Source of the DNA: a virus
Taxonomy: Duplodnaviria > Caudoviricetes
Virus record (IMG/VR): IMGVR_UViG_3300037634_005756
Coordinates: 1-25,571 of that record
Length of the DNA stretch: 25,571 bases
Direction: 5' to 3' (one strand)
Shown one piece after another: positions 9,712 to 18,442 of the stretch. The notes beneath the pieces are model-generated. The model worked only from the letters and a program-made list of their open reading frames with translations. It ran no database searches and had not been told where the DNA came from. The first letter of the stretch is position 1. Every line of letters begins with the position of its first letter. The position numbers were made by a program, and so were the translations under genes.

Positions 9712-10171
9712 TTATAAATCCCCTTGATTTTAATAATTCTTCTGTTACTTGGGATGTACCATCACCCTCAATTCCTTCTAAAAACATATCAAATATAAGA
9801 ATAGAATCTGGTGGTATCTTACTACCAGCTCCACGAGTACCGTATCCCAGGGATGATGGTATAATTACAGTTCTTTCTTCACCAATCATCCATGGAACTC
9901 TACTAAAAGATTCATCCCATCCTTTTATTACTCTACCTTCTTTAAGTTTAAATTTAAATGCAGCTCTGCCAGCTGAGCTATCAAAAATTGTACCATCTTC
10001 TAAATATCCAGTATAATGAACACTTACATTTGCTCCAGATGTTGGATATATAGCCACGCCATTTCCACCATTATTAGGGTCGGCTACTTTATTAATAATC
10101 ATACTCAAACCGTCTCCATATTCATAAATTTTATATTTATCACCATCATTATTATCTATTTTAAATTTCAT
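9698..10171 (-). CDS. FKBP-type peptidyl-prolyl isomerase
   Basis: VSVHYTGYLEDGTIFDSS, VIKGWDE, LGYGTRG, IPPDSILIFD; ATG 10171 with GGAGA. Confidence 0.92.
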   Translation of the reverse strand: MKFKIDNNDGDKYKIYEYGDGLSMIINKVADPNNGGNGVAIYPTSGANVSVHYTGYLEDGTIFDSSAGRAAFKFKLKEGRVIKGWDESFSRVPWMIGEERTVIIPSSLGYGTRGAGSKIPPDSILIFDMFLEGIEGDGTSQVTEELLKSRGFINVSN

Positions 10172-10334
10172 TAATATCTCCCTCAAAATGCTCAGGAATC
10201 TCCGTTATTTTTACATCTTTTTCTTTCCAACCTGTCTTATATAAAATATTTTCATTTTCAAAAGGTGGATTATGTAATGTAACTTTAATCGGTGGTTTCC
10301 TATAATCGTTATGTTCTACTTTAAATCTTTTCAT
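10161..10334 (-). CDS. Small hypothetical protein, 57 aa (not in ORF track)
   Basis: MKRFKVEHNDYRKPP...DINEI; ATGA overlap with the clamp loader stop. Confidence 0.65.
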   Translation of the reverse strand: MKRFKVEHNDYRKPPIKVTLHNPPFENENILYKTGWKEKDVKITEIPEHFEGDINEI

Positions 10335-11239
10335 TTAAGTATCCTTTTTAATTTTATTATTGTTGACATAAAGTTGATTTCCTTATCAACTACATTTACA
10401 TCTTGATATTGTCCTTCAGCAATTGCAAGTATACATTCTGCTTCATGACCATTACTATAAGTTTCTACCTCATCATATAATAATTTATATAATTCAGAAT
10501 AATCACTTATAGAATTATCAGCAATTAATTGTCTCATATCATTTAGTTTAGAATCACCTGAAAGTTTATCTAATAACTGAATTTTATAATCATTCTGAAT
10601 TACTGAACTTATATCAATTTTTAATTTACTATTTACAACTTGTCTTTGAGCTGAATTAATAACTCTACGAATGTCGGGATAACCAGCATTGACTATAAGA
10701 GCTATATCATCTAGTTTAAATTCAATACCTTCTTCTTCAAGTACATTCTTTAAATGTAAAGCTACCTCTTTTCTTGAAGGTGGTATGACTTTAAATGATT
10801 GACATCTTGATTGAATTGGGTCTATGATTCTCTCTACATAATTACAAGTCAATATAAATCTTGTATGTTTTGAGAATGTTTCCATTAGGTTTCTTAATGC
10901 GGCTTGAGCATTCGGTGTAAGAAAGTCAGCCTCATCGAGTATTATAACCTTTAAGGATTTGAAACCAACAGAAGAAGCAAAATTCTTTATCTTCGTTCTG
11001 ACATTGTCAACATTGTTTTCATCACTAGCATTAATATATAAATAGTCACAATCAATATTATTAGTAATAATCTTAGCTAATGTTGTTTTACCAGTACCGG
11101 CTTTTCCATAAAGTAATAAGTGAGGCACATCTTCACTTTCAAGATATATCCTCACCTTACTTTTAAGATGCTCATTACCGATGTAAGTTGATAAATCCTT
11201 TGGTCTATACTTTTCTACCCACAAACTATGTTCCATCAC
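10331..11239 (-). CDS. Clamp loader AAA+ subunit (gp44/RFC small subunit-like)
   Basis: WVEKYRP, Walker A GKAGTGKT, Walker B ILDEAD, SRC motif. Confidence 0.95.
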   Translation of the reverse strand: MMEHSLWVEKYRPKDLSTYIGNEHLKSKVRIYLESEDVPHLLLYGKAGTGKTTLAKIITNNIDCDYLYINASDENNVDNVRTKIKNFASSVGFKSLKVIILDEADFLTPNAQAALRNLMETFSKHTRFILTCNYVERIIDPIQSRCQSFKVIPPSRKEVALHLKNVLEEEGIEFKLDDIALIVNAGYPDIRRVINSAQRQVVNSKLKIDISSVIQNDYKIQLLDKLSGDSKLNDMRQLIADNSISDYSELYKLLYDEVETYSNGHEAECILAIAEGQYQDVNVVDKEINFMSTIIKLKRILK

Positions 11240-11423
11240 CCCTCCAATTATCTGGCTTACCTGCTAAAAACCAACAGATATAATTCCATATTATACTCTG
11301 AAAAGTGACTCCATTACATGATATTATATTTTTTCTTTTAAATTTCATTGAACCTTTATCGATAGAAATATCTATGTCTTTTTGCTCTTCGTACCAATCA
11401 TCCATATCATGTTCATATCCCAT
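11226..11423 (-). CDS. Hypothetical protein
   Basis: Short ORF; start moved to TAATG at 11423. Confidence 0.55.
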   Translation of the reverse strand: MGYEHDMDDWYEEQKDIDISIDKGSMKFKRKNIISCNGVTFQSIIWNYICWFLAGKPDNWRGDGT

Positions 11424-11605
11424 TAATCCATCCACCTACCGTGTTTAAATAAATGCGATAATCGGTGTGTAAATACTTCCCACATCAAACCCCATATAGA
11501 ATCTGCCTCATATGTACCTTCAGGTACCGTATAAACTATTTTATGTTTAGGTTTAACACTATCTAACCATATTTGTTGATGTTTGTCGGAATATCTATCA
11601 CCCAT
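11423..11605 (-). CDS. Hypothetical protein
   Basis: 60 aa, TAATG-coupled to the clamp gene. Confidence 0.6.
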   Translation of the reverse strand: MGDRYSDKHQQIWLDSVKPKHKIVYTVPEGTYEADSIWGLMWEVFTHRLSHLFKHGRWMD

Positions 11606-12324
11606 TAATCAATACCTTGAGTCGCTACAATGTAATATGTTGAATCATAATCATCAACCTTAAAATTAATTCTAGCTAATCCAGCATTTGAAACTTCAAG
11701 TGTAGCAGATGTACATTCTTTGTTAGCAGATAATACATCTCTAAATAAATTAGCATTAAATGAAACATTATTTGTTAATCCATTAGATGTAGTTTCTACA
11801 GGGATATTTACTCTGTTAGTGTTAGTAGAAGCATACCCAATTACTATCTGAGGACCTTCACTATTATTTACAATAGTAAATGTTTCAGTTTCAGACAGTG
11901 CAGATTTACCTTTTATGAAAGAATCAATAAAACTTGAATCAATTTTTATTTGAGTTTCAAAATCAGGTAATCTTTTTAGTTTTGGAGGGTCAGGAATAAC
12001 TGAAAGGTCTGAAAGTGTGTAATCAATAGAAACTACACCATTCTTTACTTTCAAAGTAACTGCTTTGTCACCAAATCTTGACACATCCATTGTTACATCT
12101 TCACCTAATACACTAAGTAATTTTACTAATTGGTCTGTTGTATAAACGCCAACATCACCTTCACTCAGCTGTAAATTATCAACCTTAACACTTCCCATCA
12201 ATGATTTATCAGAAGTTACAAATGATGTAGATAGCGAATTATCTTTAGCAGACCATTTTACACTATTTACATTCCCATTTAAATTATACTTCTGTATAAA
12301 CCTATTCAACTTTGTTTTTTGCAT
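11605..12324 (-). CDS. DNA polymerase sliding clamp (gp45/PCNA-like)
   Basis: 239 aa two-domain alpha/beta pattern, VGVY...LVKLLS, C-terminal STYYIVA; strong AGGAGA RBS; upstream of the clamp loader. Confidence 0.78.
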   Translation of the reverse strand: MQKTKLNRFIQKYNLNGNVNSVKWSAKDNSLSTSFVTSDKSLMGSVKVDNLQLSEGDVGVYTTDQLVKLLSVLGEDVTMDVSRFGDKAVTLKVKNGVVSIDYTLSDLSVIPDPPKLKRLPDFETQIKIDSSFIDSFIKGKSALSETETFTIVNNSEGPQIVIGYASTNTNRVNIPVETTSNGLTNNVSFNANLFRDVLSANKECTSATLEVSNAGLARINFKVDDYDSTYYIVATQGID

Positions 12325-12353
12325 TTTATTCTCCTATAAAATTCTATTGTTTT

Positions 12354-12383
12354 AATATACGGCCAAATTACCATATAAGTCAA
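12354..12383 (-). promoter_or_regulatory. Sigma70-type promoter for the clamp/clamp-loader operon
   Basis: TTGACT-18 nt-TATATT in one of the few intergenic gaps. Confidence 0.65.
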
Positions 12384-12400
12384 GCTTTATTTTAATTATT

Positions 12401-13414
12401 TTATCCCCAAAATTCACTTGATTTCTCTCTTGTTTTTTTCTCTATTATTGTGGGTTTTAATCTCTTTTGTGAAATATTTTCGTAATCATCATTCAATTCA
12501 ATACCAACCCAATTTTTGTCTTGTTTCATCGCTACTTCAGCTGTTGTACCAGAGCCAAAGAATGGGTCTAATACAGTTCCACCAACTGGACAACCAGCAT
12601 CTATCGGTGATTCAATTAATTCTGGTGGATATACAGCAAAATGAGCTCCTTCAAATTTTGCAGTACTATAACTCCACACAGTTCTTTTATTTCTTTTTGA
12701 TGAATCATTTACTTCTTCTATCTGTTGTTTAAAATAATATTTCTTTTTCTTTGTGAAGAAAAACATCTTCTCAAAATCTACTGTGTATCTATCAGTTGCA
12801 GGTGAAGGTAAACAACTTGGTTTATGCCAAATGATTTCGTTTCTCAATATCCAACCTCTGTTAGTCATCTCTATCGCAAACCTACTTGGTATTTGTACTA
12901 AACATTTTTGTGGTAAATCACATTTAACCTTTGGTATCATAGCCCCCTTAACATTTTTATTCTGCATATTACCAGTACCTTTACCATAACCAGTATTAGC
13001 ATATGTATCGCCGAGATTCACCCAACAAGTACCTTCAGGTTTCAACACTCTCTGAATCTCGTCAAATATATCACATAGATGGTCAACAAACATTTCAGGT
13101 GTAGGTTCTAATCCCAATTCACCTTTCCAAGCACCACATTTATTACACATAGCATCTTCAACTTCCCAATCTACTATACTAGCATTTAAATGATGAGGTA
13201 ATCCACCTTCAGAATTTGTTCCACTATGTAATTTTCGTTTAGATGTTTCAAACTCATGGTCACATTTATCATCACCACCCCAAATCTGCCCTTCCGTTCC
13301 ATAGTCTCGGAGTCCCCAATATGGCGGAGATGTCAAACACATATCCAAAGAATCATCGGGGAATGTTTTTAATACATCAAGACAATTTCCTTTATAAACT
13401 TTATTTACTTCCAA
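12401..13414 (-). CDS. Beta-class N4-C/N6-A DNA methyltransferase with Cys/His insert
   Basis: TSPPYWGLRDY, HFAVYP, LDPFFGSGTT; probable TTG start at 13414 after AGGAGAG. Confidence 0.92.
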   Translation of the reverse strand: MEVNKVYKGNCLDVLKTFPDDSLDMCLTSPPYWGLRDYGTEGQIWGGDDKCDHEFETSKRKLHSGTNSEGGLPHHLNASIVDWEVEDAMCNKCGAWKGELGLEPTPEMFVDHLCDIFDEIQRVLKPEGTCWVNLGDTYANTGYGKGTGNMQNKNVKGAMIPKVKCDLPQKCLVQIPSRFAIEMTNRGWILRNEIIWHKPSCLPSPATDRYTVDFEKMFFFTKKKKYYFKQQIEEVNDSSKRNKRTVWSYSTAKFEGAHFAVYPPELIESPIDAGCPVGGTVLDPFFGSGTTAEVAMKQDKNWVGIELNDDYENISQKRLKPTIIEKKTREKSSEFWG

Positions 13415-14205
13415 AACTCTCCTGCCTTTTCCATTGTCAGTTTTTTTGACCATATTTTGTCTACCCTCTTATTAGCAATATCAAAATATTTTTCACTAAT
13501 TTCAAAACCTACATATTGTCTGTCTAAATTGATACAAGCTACTGCCGTTGTACCACTACCCATAAACGGGTCTAATACTAAATCATTTTTATATGTCATA
13601 AACTTAATAGCTTTATTTGGAATATCCAAGCTAAAGTTTGCATCTGTTAGTCCTCTTGTTTCTGCGAAATATTTCCATCTTCCAGATACAAATTCTATAA
13701 ACTCTTTTTTACTTTCTTCACTACCATCATAATAACTCTCACCCCTTTCAAGTTTCTTCCATTGGTCTTTATAACCTAATAAAATACACTCTTTTGGATT
13801 GTGCATATATGGAGCAGAAGCTGATAACCAACTACCCCAAGCTGACAATTTAGTTTGTGGAGCTTTTTCCCTCAAATCTACAAGACCTGCAAATCCATAA
13901 CCTATCTCTTTCATTATTTTATGATACTCTGCCTGAATAAGAACTCTGTTATGTCCACCTAATTTTTTCATATTCACTTCATAAGGAATGTTGACTCCAA
14001 TTCTACCATCTGGTTTTAGAACTCTATAAACTTCTGTCAACCATTCTTTAGCAAATCCTAAGTAATCAACTATCTGTAGATTGTCATCCCAATCATCATA
14101 TTCTATACCAACATTATATGGTGGGGATGTTATACATAAGTCAACTGAATTTTCTTCAAGTTGTTTTAGTCCTTCTATACATTCTTCATTTATTATTTTA
14201 TTCAT
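13405..14205 (-). CDS. Beta-class N4-C/N6-A DNA methyltransferase
   Basis: TSPPYNVG, LDPFMGSGTT; start at TAATG 14205. Confidence 0.92.
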   Translation of the reverse strand: MNKIINEECIEGLKQLEENSVDLCITSPPYNVGIEYDDWDDNLQIVDYLGFAKEWLTEVYRVLKPDGRIGVNIPYEVNMKKLGGHNRVLIQAEYHKIMKEIGYGFAGLVDLREKAPQTKLSAWGSWLSASAPYMHNPKECILLGYKDQWKKLERGESYYDGSEESKKEFIEFVSGRWKYFAETRGLTDANFSLDIPNKAIKFMTYKNDLVLDPFMGSGTTAVACINLDRQYVGFEISEKYFDIANKRVDKIWSKKLTMEKAGEFWK

Positions 14206-14393
14206 TACCAATGCCTTATTACATTTGCTATGATAAATAAACAAGTAGTAACTTGTAGTATCACCCAAAATGTTTTTAATATTAATACTCTACGAGCTTG
14301 TTTTAATGACACAATAGGTATACCAGGCATATCATCATCAGTTTTACCCATATAGTGTCCAAGTGCTCGAGCCCATATCTTTGAGAATATCAT
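14205..14393 (-). CDS. Small hypothetical membrane protein
   Basis: 62 aa with a hydrophobic C-terminal segment. Confidence 0.6.
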   Translation of the reverse strand: MIFSKIWARALGHYMGKTDDDMPGIPIVSLKQARRVLILKTFWVILQVTTCLFIIANVIRHW

Positions 14394-16922
14394 TTAAAAA
14401 AACCTCTCTAATGTATTTTCTTTATCTATCAATGTCCATTCCATTGAATCATAAAACATATCTATTTTCTTCTGTAAACCCTTCTTGAATAACTTATCGT
14501 GGTCTACATACTGATTTATATAATCCATAATCTCTTGTGGGTCATCATAACCTTTGAAAGCAATCTGTGCAATACTCAATGGATTTTGTTTTAAATACAC
14601 CCACTTAATCTTTTCACTATTCTTAATCTTTTCAACATTTTCCAATCCATAATGTTTTAACAAATCATTGTAAACCCACGCCGCTTTTACATGAACTGGT
14701 GTGCCTTTATGCATAGGTGTAAATACACCTTTCTTACCATAAACTCCACCAACCCTTCTTTTATCTGCGAACTTACCTAAATTCTTAACACCGGTCGGAA
14801 GAGATATATCATCAAGTGGTAATGTTTTCATACTTTTCTTGAAAGTACAAATCATATCATCCAACTCATCTTTATCTCTATTTGATAGAATACCCTGTAG
14901 TACCTCCGTCATCAGTTTTCTATAAGCAGGTGGGAAACTACTTCTTACAATATCTAATCCCTTAACATCAAGTTTATCACATTTCACTCCACTGTCATTT
15001 ATAATCCATTGTCCATATCTCTTCTTGGTAACCCAAAAGGCTGACCTTGCAATCAACTCCTGTTTGATATCAAATCTGTGCTCATCACAATTTAAGAATA
15101 TCTTTGCAAACTTGTCATAAGTTTGATTCAAAAATCCTTGTACACCATCTGCAACCTCTAATATCTTTTCGGTCATAAACTCTTCATCTTCTACATCGGC
15201 TTCTGGATATCTACTTTTCACTAATGGTAATGCTGGATAGAAAACTGAATCTGTATCTGTGTAAATACAATAATCTTTATCCTCACCCAACTCTTTATTG
15301 TAATAATAGTTTCCCATTTTCTCCGTAAACTTTATCAACTCCACACCAGTTGTGGTAGTTGCCTCCGCATTGTCTACATCATAGAATCTAAATACTGGTA
15401 ATCCCAATACCCCGTACAATGAATTAAGAATAATTTTCTGTACTAATTGTCGTTTACCAAAGTATTCATACTGCTCTTTGTTTCCCTCATCCCCATATTT
15501 CTTCATCAACTTCTTATACTCAACTCTTTCATCAAACCATTTATTTAGAATTGAGGGAATCAAACCTTTTTTATCATTACGATACATAACACCATTTGAA
15601 GAAATAGCTATTTTATTATTATCCATTATCTTTCTTAACTGGTCGCTATTTAATACATCAGTTTCCTTTCTATCCCTCTTGTGAAATGTATATGATTTCT
15701 CTACACCTTTTGCAAACTCTTGTGCATTCCAACCTTCTAATCTACCTATCTTCATTTCAGGTGATATATTCAATGTCATAATTATAGAAGGATACATTGA
15801 AGTCAAATCTAAATCATACACCCAATCGTGTCTACCAGGTATGGGGTCTTTTACCCAAGCCCCACTAAACTTCTCCTCACTATTCATCTTCTGTCTTGCA
15901 TTGAAATCTTTATTTGGTGCAACTACACCAAGTTTTTTCATATAAACAAGAATAGCACCTTCCAAATATCTACTACTGAAGAATACATCTTCATAAGGAA
16001 CATGTCCTACATGTGATACGGTTCGTGCTAACTCCATAAACTTCAACTTGTCATCAAGTGCTTTCACAATAACAACATCATTCAAGTTATACTCAATAAA
16101 CTTATTTATATCATCTCTATACAAATCATCAAGAGTACCATCATATTCTATCTTACCCATATTGACTTCATCAGTACCAATTGCATCTAAACGATATGAT
16201 GATTTCTGTGTGTAGTTGTACAATTTATAAAGTGGAAGGTAATCCATACAGGATACACCGGCAATCTTGAATTTCTTTTTATTCTCATTATAATAAACAA
16301 CACCGATAGGTGAAAGTACATTCGCAATTTGATGACCCATAACTCTAACAGTTCTGTTGTATATATAAGGTATATCAAATCCATCAATATTCCAACCAGT
16401 AATTATAGTTGGTTGTATTTCCATATACTTCTGATAAAACCTTTGGAGTAATTCTTCTTCTGTCCTGAAGGATTCTACGAATGTATTATCCTTTTGATAA
16501 TTCTTTACATTACCCAAAATGAAACAAGTATATTGGTCAGCAACCTTATCATAGATTGCAATCGCAGTTATCTTATTACGAGCTTCTCTTGGGTCTGGAA
16601 ATCCACCTTTTATTTCAACCTCTATATCGATTATCATCTCACGATGACCTACTGAAACATCATCAGATTCTCCGTATTTGTCAACAAGAATACGAGTTTC
16701 CAATGGTACATCAGATTCAAACATTTTACCAGATTGTAAATCTTCAGCAGTCCAAAAATTTACCTTTTTCAACTTATCACCATAAATTGAACGATAAATA
16801 CCTGAACCTGATTTTTTATAAGCATAATGTTTGTAATTGAATTTTGAATAACCAGCTTGGTCATCCCACAAGTGTACTTCTACATTACCTTTATTTCTTT
16901 TGAGATATATGTTTTGATACAT
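14394..16922 (-). CDS. polB: Family B DNA polymerase (gp43-like)
   Basis: Exo DIE, GWNIDGFD, YNLND; polymerase DLTSMYPS, KIILNSLYG, YTDTDS, KKRY; C-terminal TLERFF. Confidence 0.97.
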   Translation of the reverse strand: MYQNIYLKRNKGNVEVHLWDDQAGYSKFNYKHYAYKKSGSGIYRSIYGDKLKKVNFWTAEDLQSGKMFESDVPLETRILVDKYGESDDVSVGHREMIIDIEVEIKGGFPDPREARNKITAIAIYDKVADQYTCFILGNVKNYQKDNTFVESFRTEEELLQRFYQKYMEIQPTIITGWNIDGFDIPYIYNRTVRVMGHQIANVLSPIGVVYYNENKKKFKIAGVSCMDYLPLYKLYNYTQKSSYRLDAIGTDEVNMGKIEYDGTLDDLYRDDINKFIEYNLNDVVIVKALDDKLKFMELARTVSHVGHVPYEDVFFSSRYLEGAILVYMKKLGVVAPNKDFNARQKMNSEEKFSGAWVKDPIPGRHDWVYDLDLTSMYPSIIMTLNISPEMKIGRLEGWNAQEFAKGVEKSYTFHKRDRKETDVLNSDQLRKIMDNNKIAISSNGVMYRNDKKGLIPSILNKWFDERVEYKKLMKKYGDEGNKEQYEYFGKRQLVQKIILNSLYGVLGLPVFRFYDVDNAEATTTTGVELIKFTEKMGNYYYNKELGEDKDYCIYTDTDSVFYPALPLVKSRYPEADVEDEEFMTEKILEVADGVQGFLNQTYDKFAKIFLNCDEHRFDIKQELIARSAFWVTKKRYGQWIINDSGVKCDKLDVKGLDIVRSSFPPAYRKLMTEVLQGILSNRDKDELDDMICTFKKSMKTLPLDDISLPTGVKNLGKFADKRRVGGVYGKKGVFTPMHKGTPVHVKAAWVYNDLLKHYGLENVEKIKNSEKIKWVYLKQNPLSIAQIAFKGYDDPQEIMDYINQYVDHDKLFKKGLQKKIDMFYDSMEWTLIDKENTLERFF

Positions 16923-16927
16923 ATATT

Positions 16928-16955
16928 AATATACAACCTTTTTAATTAAAATCAA
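16928..16955 (-). promoter_or_regulatory. Putative sigma70-type promoter of polB, probably giving a leaderless mRNA
   Basis: TTGATT-16 nt-TATATT, 5 nt before the ATG; resembles the clamp promoter (AAAGCTT...GTATATTAA). Confidence 0.5.
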
Positions 16956-16963
16956 AGCTTTTT

Positions 16964-17332
16964 TTAATTATCTTTGCTCATCCACCCATGTCCTTTTGGT
17001 AAACCATATTTGTTTACTCTGACATAGACTATTTTATCTATTGTTAATACAACTTTATCCGCATGTAAACTTCTTACTTCACAGGATAAGGTACAAGATG
17101 TTTTACCTATCTCTAATGTCTGCATTCCTATTTCAATGACATCACCGAGTATAACAGGAAACTTAAAATCAATTTCTGACATCATCTTTGTAACGATTAA
17201 TCCTGTATTTAATTCCAATCCGGCATGGATACCACCTTCTTCGTCAATCCATTTAAGTAACTGACCTCCGTGTAAGTAACCTCTCGGATTTAAATCTTCA
17301 TGTGTAACTAATTTTCTTGTTAAGAACTTCAC
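16964..17332 (-). CDS. Hotdog-fold acyl-CoA thioesterase
   Basis: DLNPRGYLHGGQLLKWIDEEG, IDFKFPV, GKTS; GTG start. Confidence 0.88.
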   Translation of the reverse strand: MKFLTRKLVTHEDLNPRGYLHGGQLLKWIDEEGGIHAGLELNTGLIVTKMMSEIDFKFPVILGDVIEIGMQTLEIGKTSCTLSCEVRSLHADKVVLTIDKIVYVRVNKYGLPKGHGWMSKDN

Positions 17333-17719
17333 TTAACTCCCAAATACTTTTTTCTTTTCTCCGTGATATTCGTAAGCGTGACCATTTTCTTTCAGTAATT
17401 CATTTACTGATTTCTCTTCACCCTTTATGAATAACTCACCTAATACTCTACCATATTTACCGACACCATAGGATATGATTGAGAATTTACCCTCATCAGA
17501 ATTTTCCAATAAATCTTTTACATAAGCTTTAGCGGCTAATCCTTTTTTCTTTTCTTCGAGGTTACGAGTCCTTGATTCCCAGGTGTCCACGCCATAAAAT
17601 CTAATTCTCTTTTTGACGAAAGTATTAAAACCCAAATCAATAAGAGCATCACAAGTGTCACCATCGACAACTCTATCCAATTTACAACTATAACCATATT
17701 TTTTAACTTGTTTTCCCAT
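17333..17719 (-). CDS. Thermonuclease (SNase-like) family protein
   Basis: RVVDGDT, RFYGVDTWE, KYGRVLG. Confidence 0.88.
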   Translation of the reverse strand: MGKQVKKYGYSCKLDRVVDGDTCDALIDLGFNTFVKKRIRFYGVDTWESRTRNLEEKKKGLAAKAYVKDLLENSDEGKFSIISYGVGKYGRVLGELFIKGEEKSVNELLKENGHAYEYHGEKKKVFGS

Positions 17720-17720
17720 T

Positions 17721-17840
17721 TCATTTCTCCTGTTTAAATCTATTATCTATCCAACATTTTCCAAAATACATCACACCTAACCAAATAGATATTTCTATTA
17801 CTTCAATGTATCCAAGACTATTTAATATACCTACATCCAT
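17721..17840 (-). CDS. 39 aa hydrophobic peptide (not in ORF track)
   Basis: MDVGILNSLGYIEVIEISIWLGVMYFGKCW...; AGGAGA RBS; fills the gap. Confidence 0.6.
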   Translation of the reverse strand: MDVGILNSLGYIEVIEISIWLGVMYFGKCWIDNRFKQEK

Positions 17841-18442
17841 TTTTTTTCTCCTAAGTATGTTGCTACTAAATGTATTCTATTCTCCTCACCACCATTGAAT
17901 ACAGTGTGATAATTTCTTGTATCAGTAAACCATACTCCACCATCAGCTGGTAAATGTTTTAATTTATCATCAATTACTAAATGAGCTCCAGGATTTGTGA
18001 ATACAGGAATATGTAATCTTGGTTCAGGGTCTCTATGCCAACTCAATGATGTACGAGGTTCTAACAATAACAATCTCACTCTACCTAATTTATATTGTTT
18101 TGATAACTCATTATAAACTTCTTCAAAATATGTTCCTTTGAAATCTTCAACAAATTCTGTATAATGGGATTCATCGACTACATTTTCTCTTTGAACTTCT
18201 TTTCCAGTTGAATCTGGTTTAGTCCAAAACACTCCTCGTAACTTATCACCATCAGCTGATGATGGGTCACCAGGAATTTGTGTCATACATAGTCCTTTTA
18301 CTATATGTGATTTCCAAGACATTTTGGTAAAGAGTTCGTTTGTTGCTGATTGTAACTTTTCTATATCAAATGATGTTGGTAATTTAACAAAATTATCTTT
18401 CTTCATCATTCCATCTCCCATATTTAAAAATATTGGTTTCAT
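17831..18442 (-). CDS. 2OG-Fe(II) oxygenase, Asp/Asn beta-hydroxylase-like
   Basis: HRD (HxD), RLHIP, distal HTVFNGG..RIHLV. Confidence 0.82.
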   Translation of the reverse strand: MKPIFLNMGDGMMKKDNFVKLPTSFDIEKLQSATNELFTKMSWKSHIVKGLCMTQIPGDPSSADGDKLRGVFWTKPDSTGKEVQRENVVDESHYTEFVEDFKGTYFEEVYNELSKQYKLGRVRLLLLEPRTSLSWHRDPEPRLHIPVFTNPGAHLVIDDKLKHLPADGGVWFTDTRNYHTVFNGGEENRIHLVATYLGEKKWM

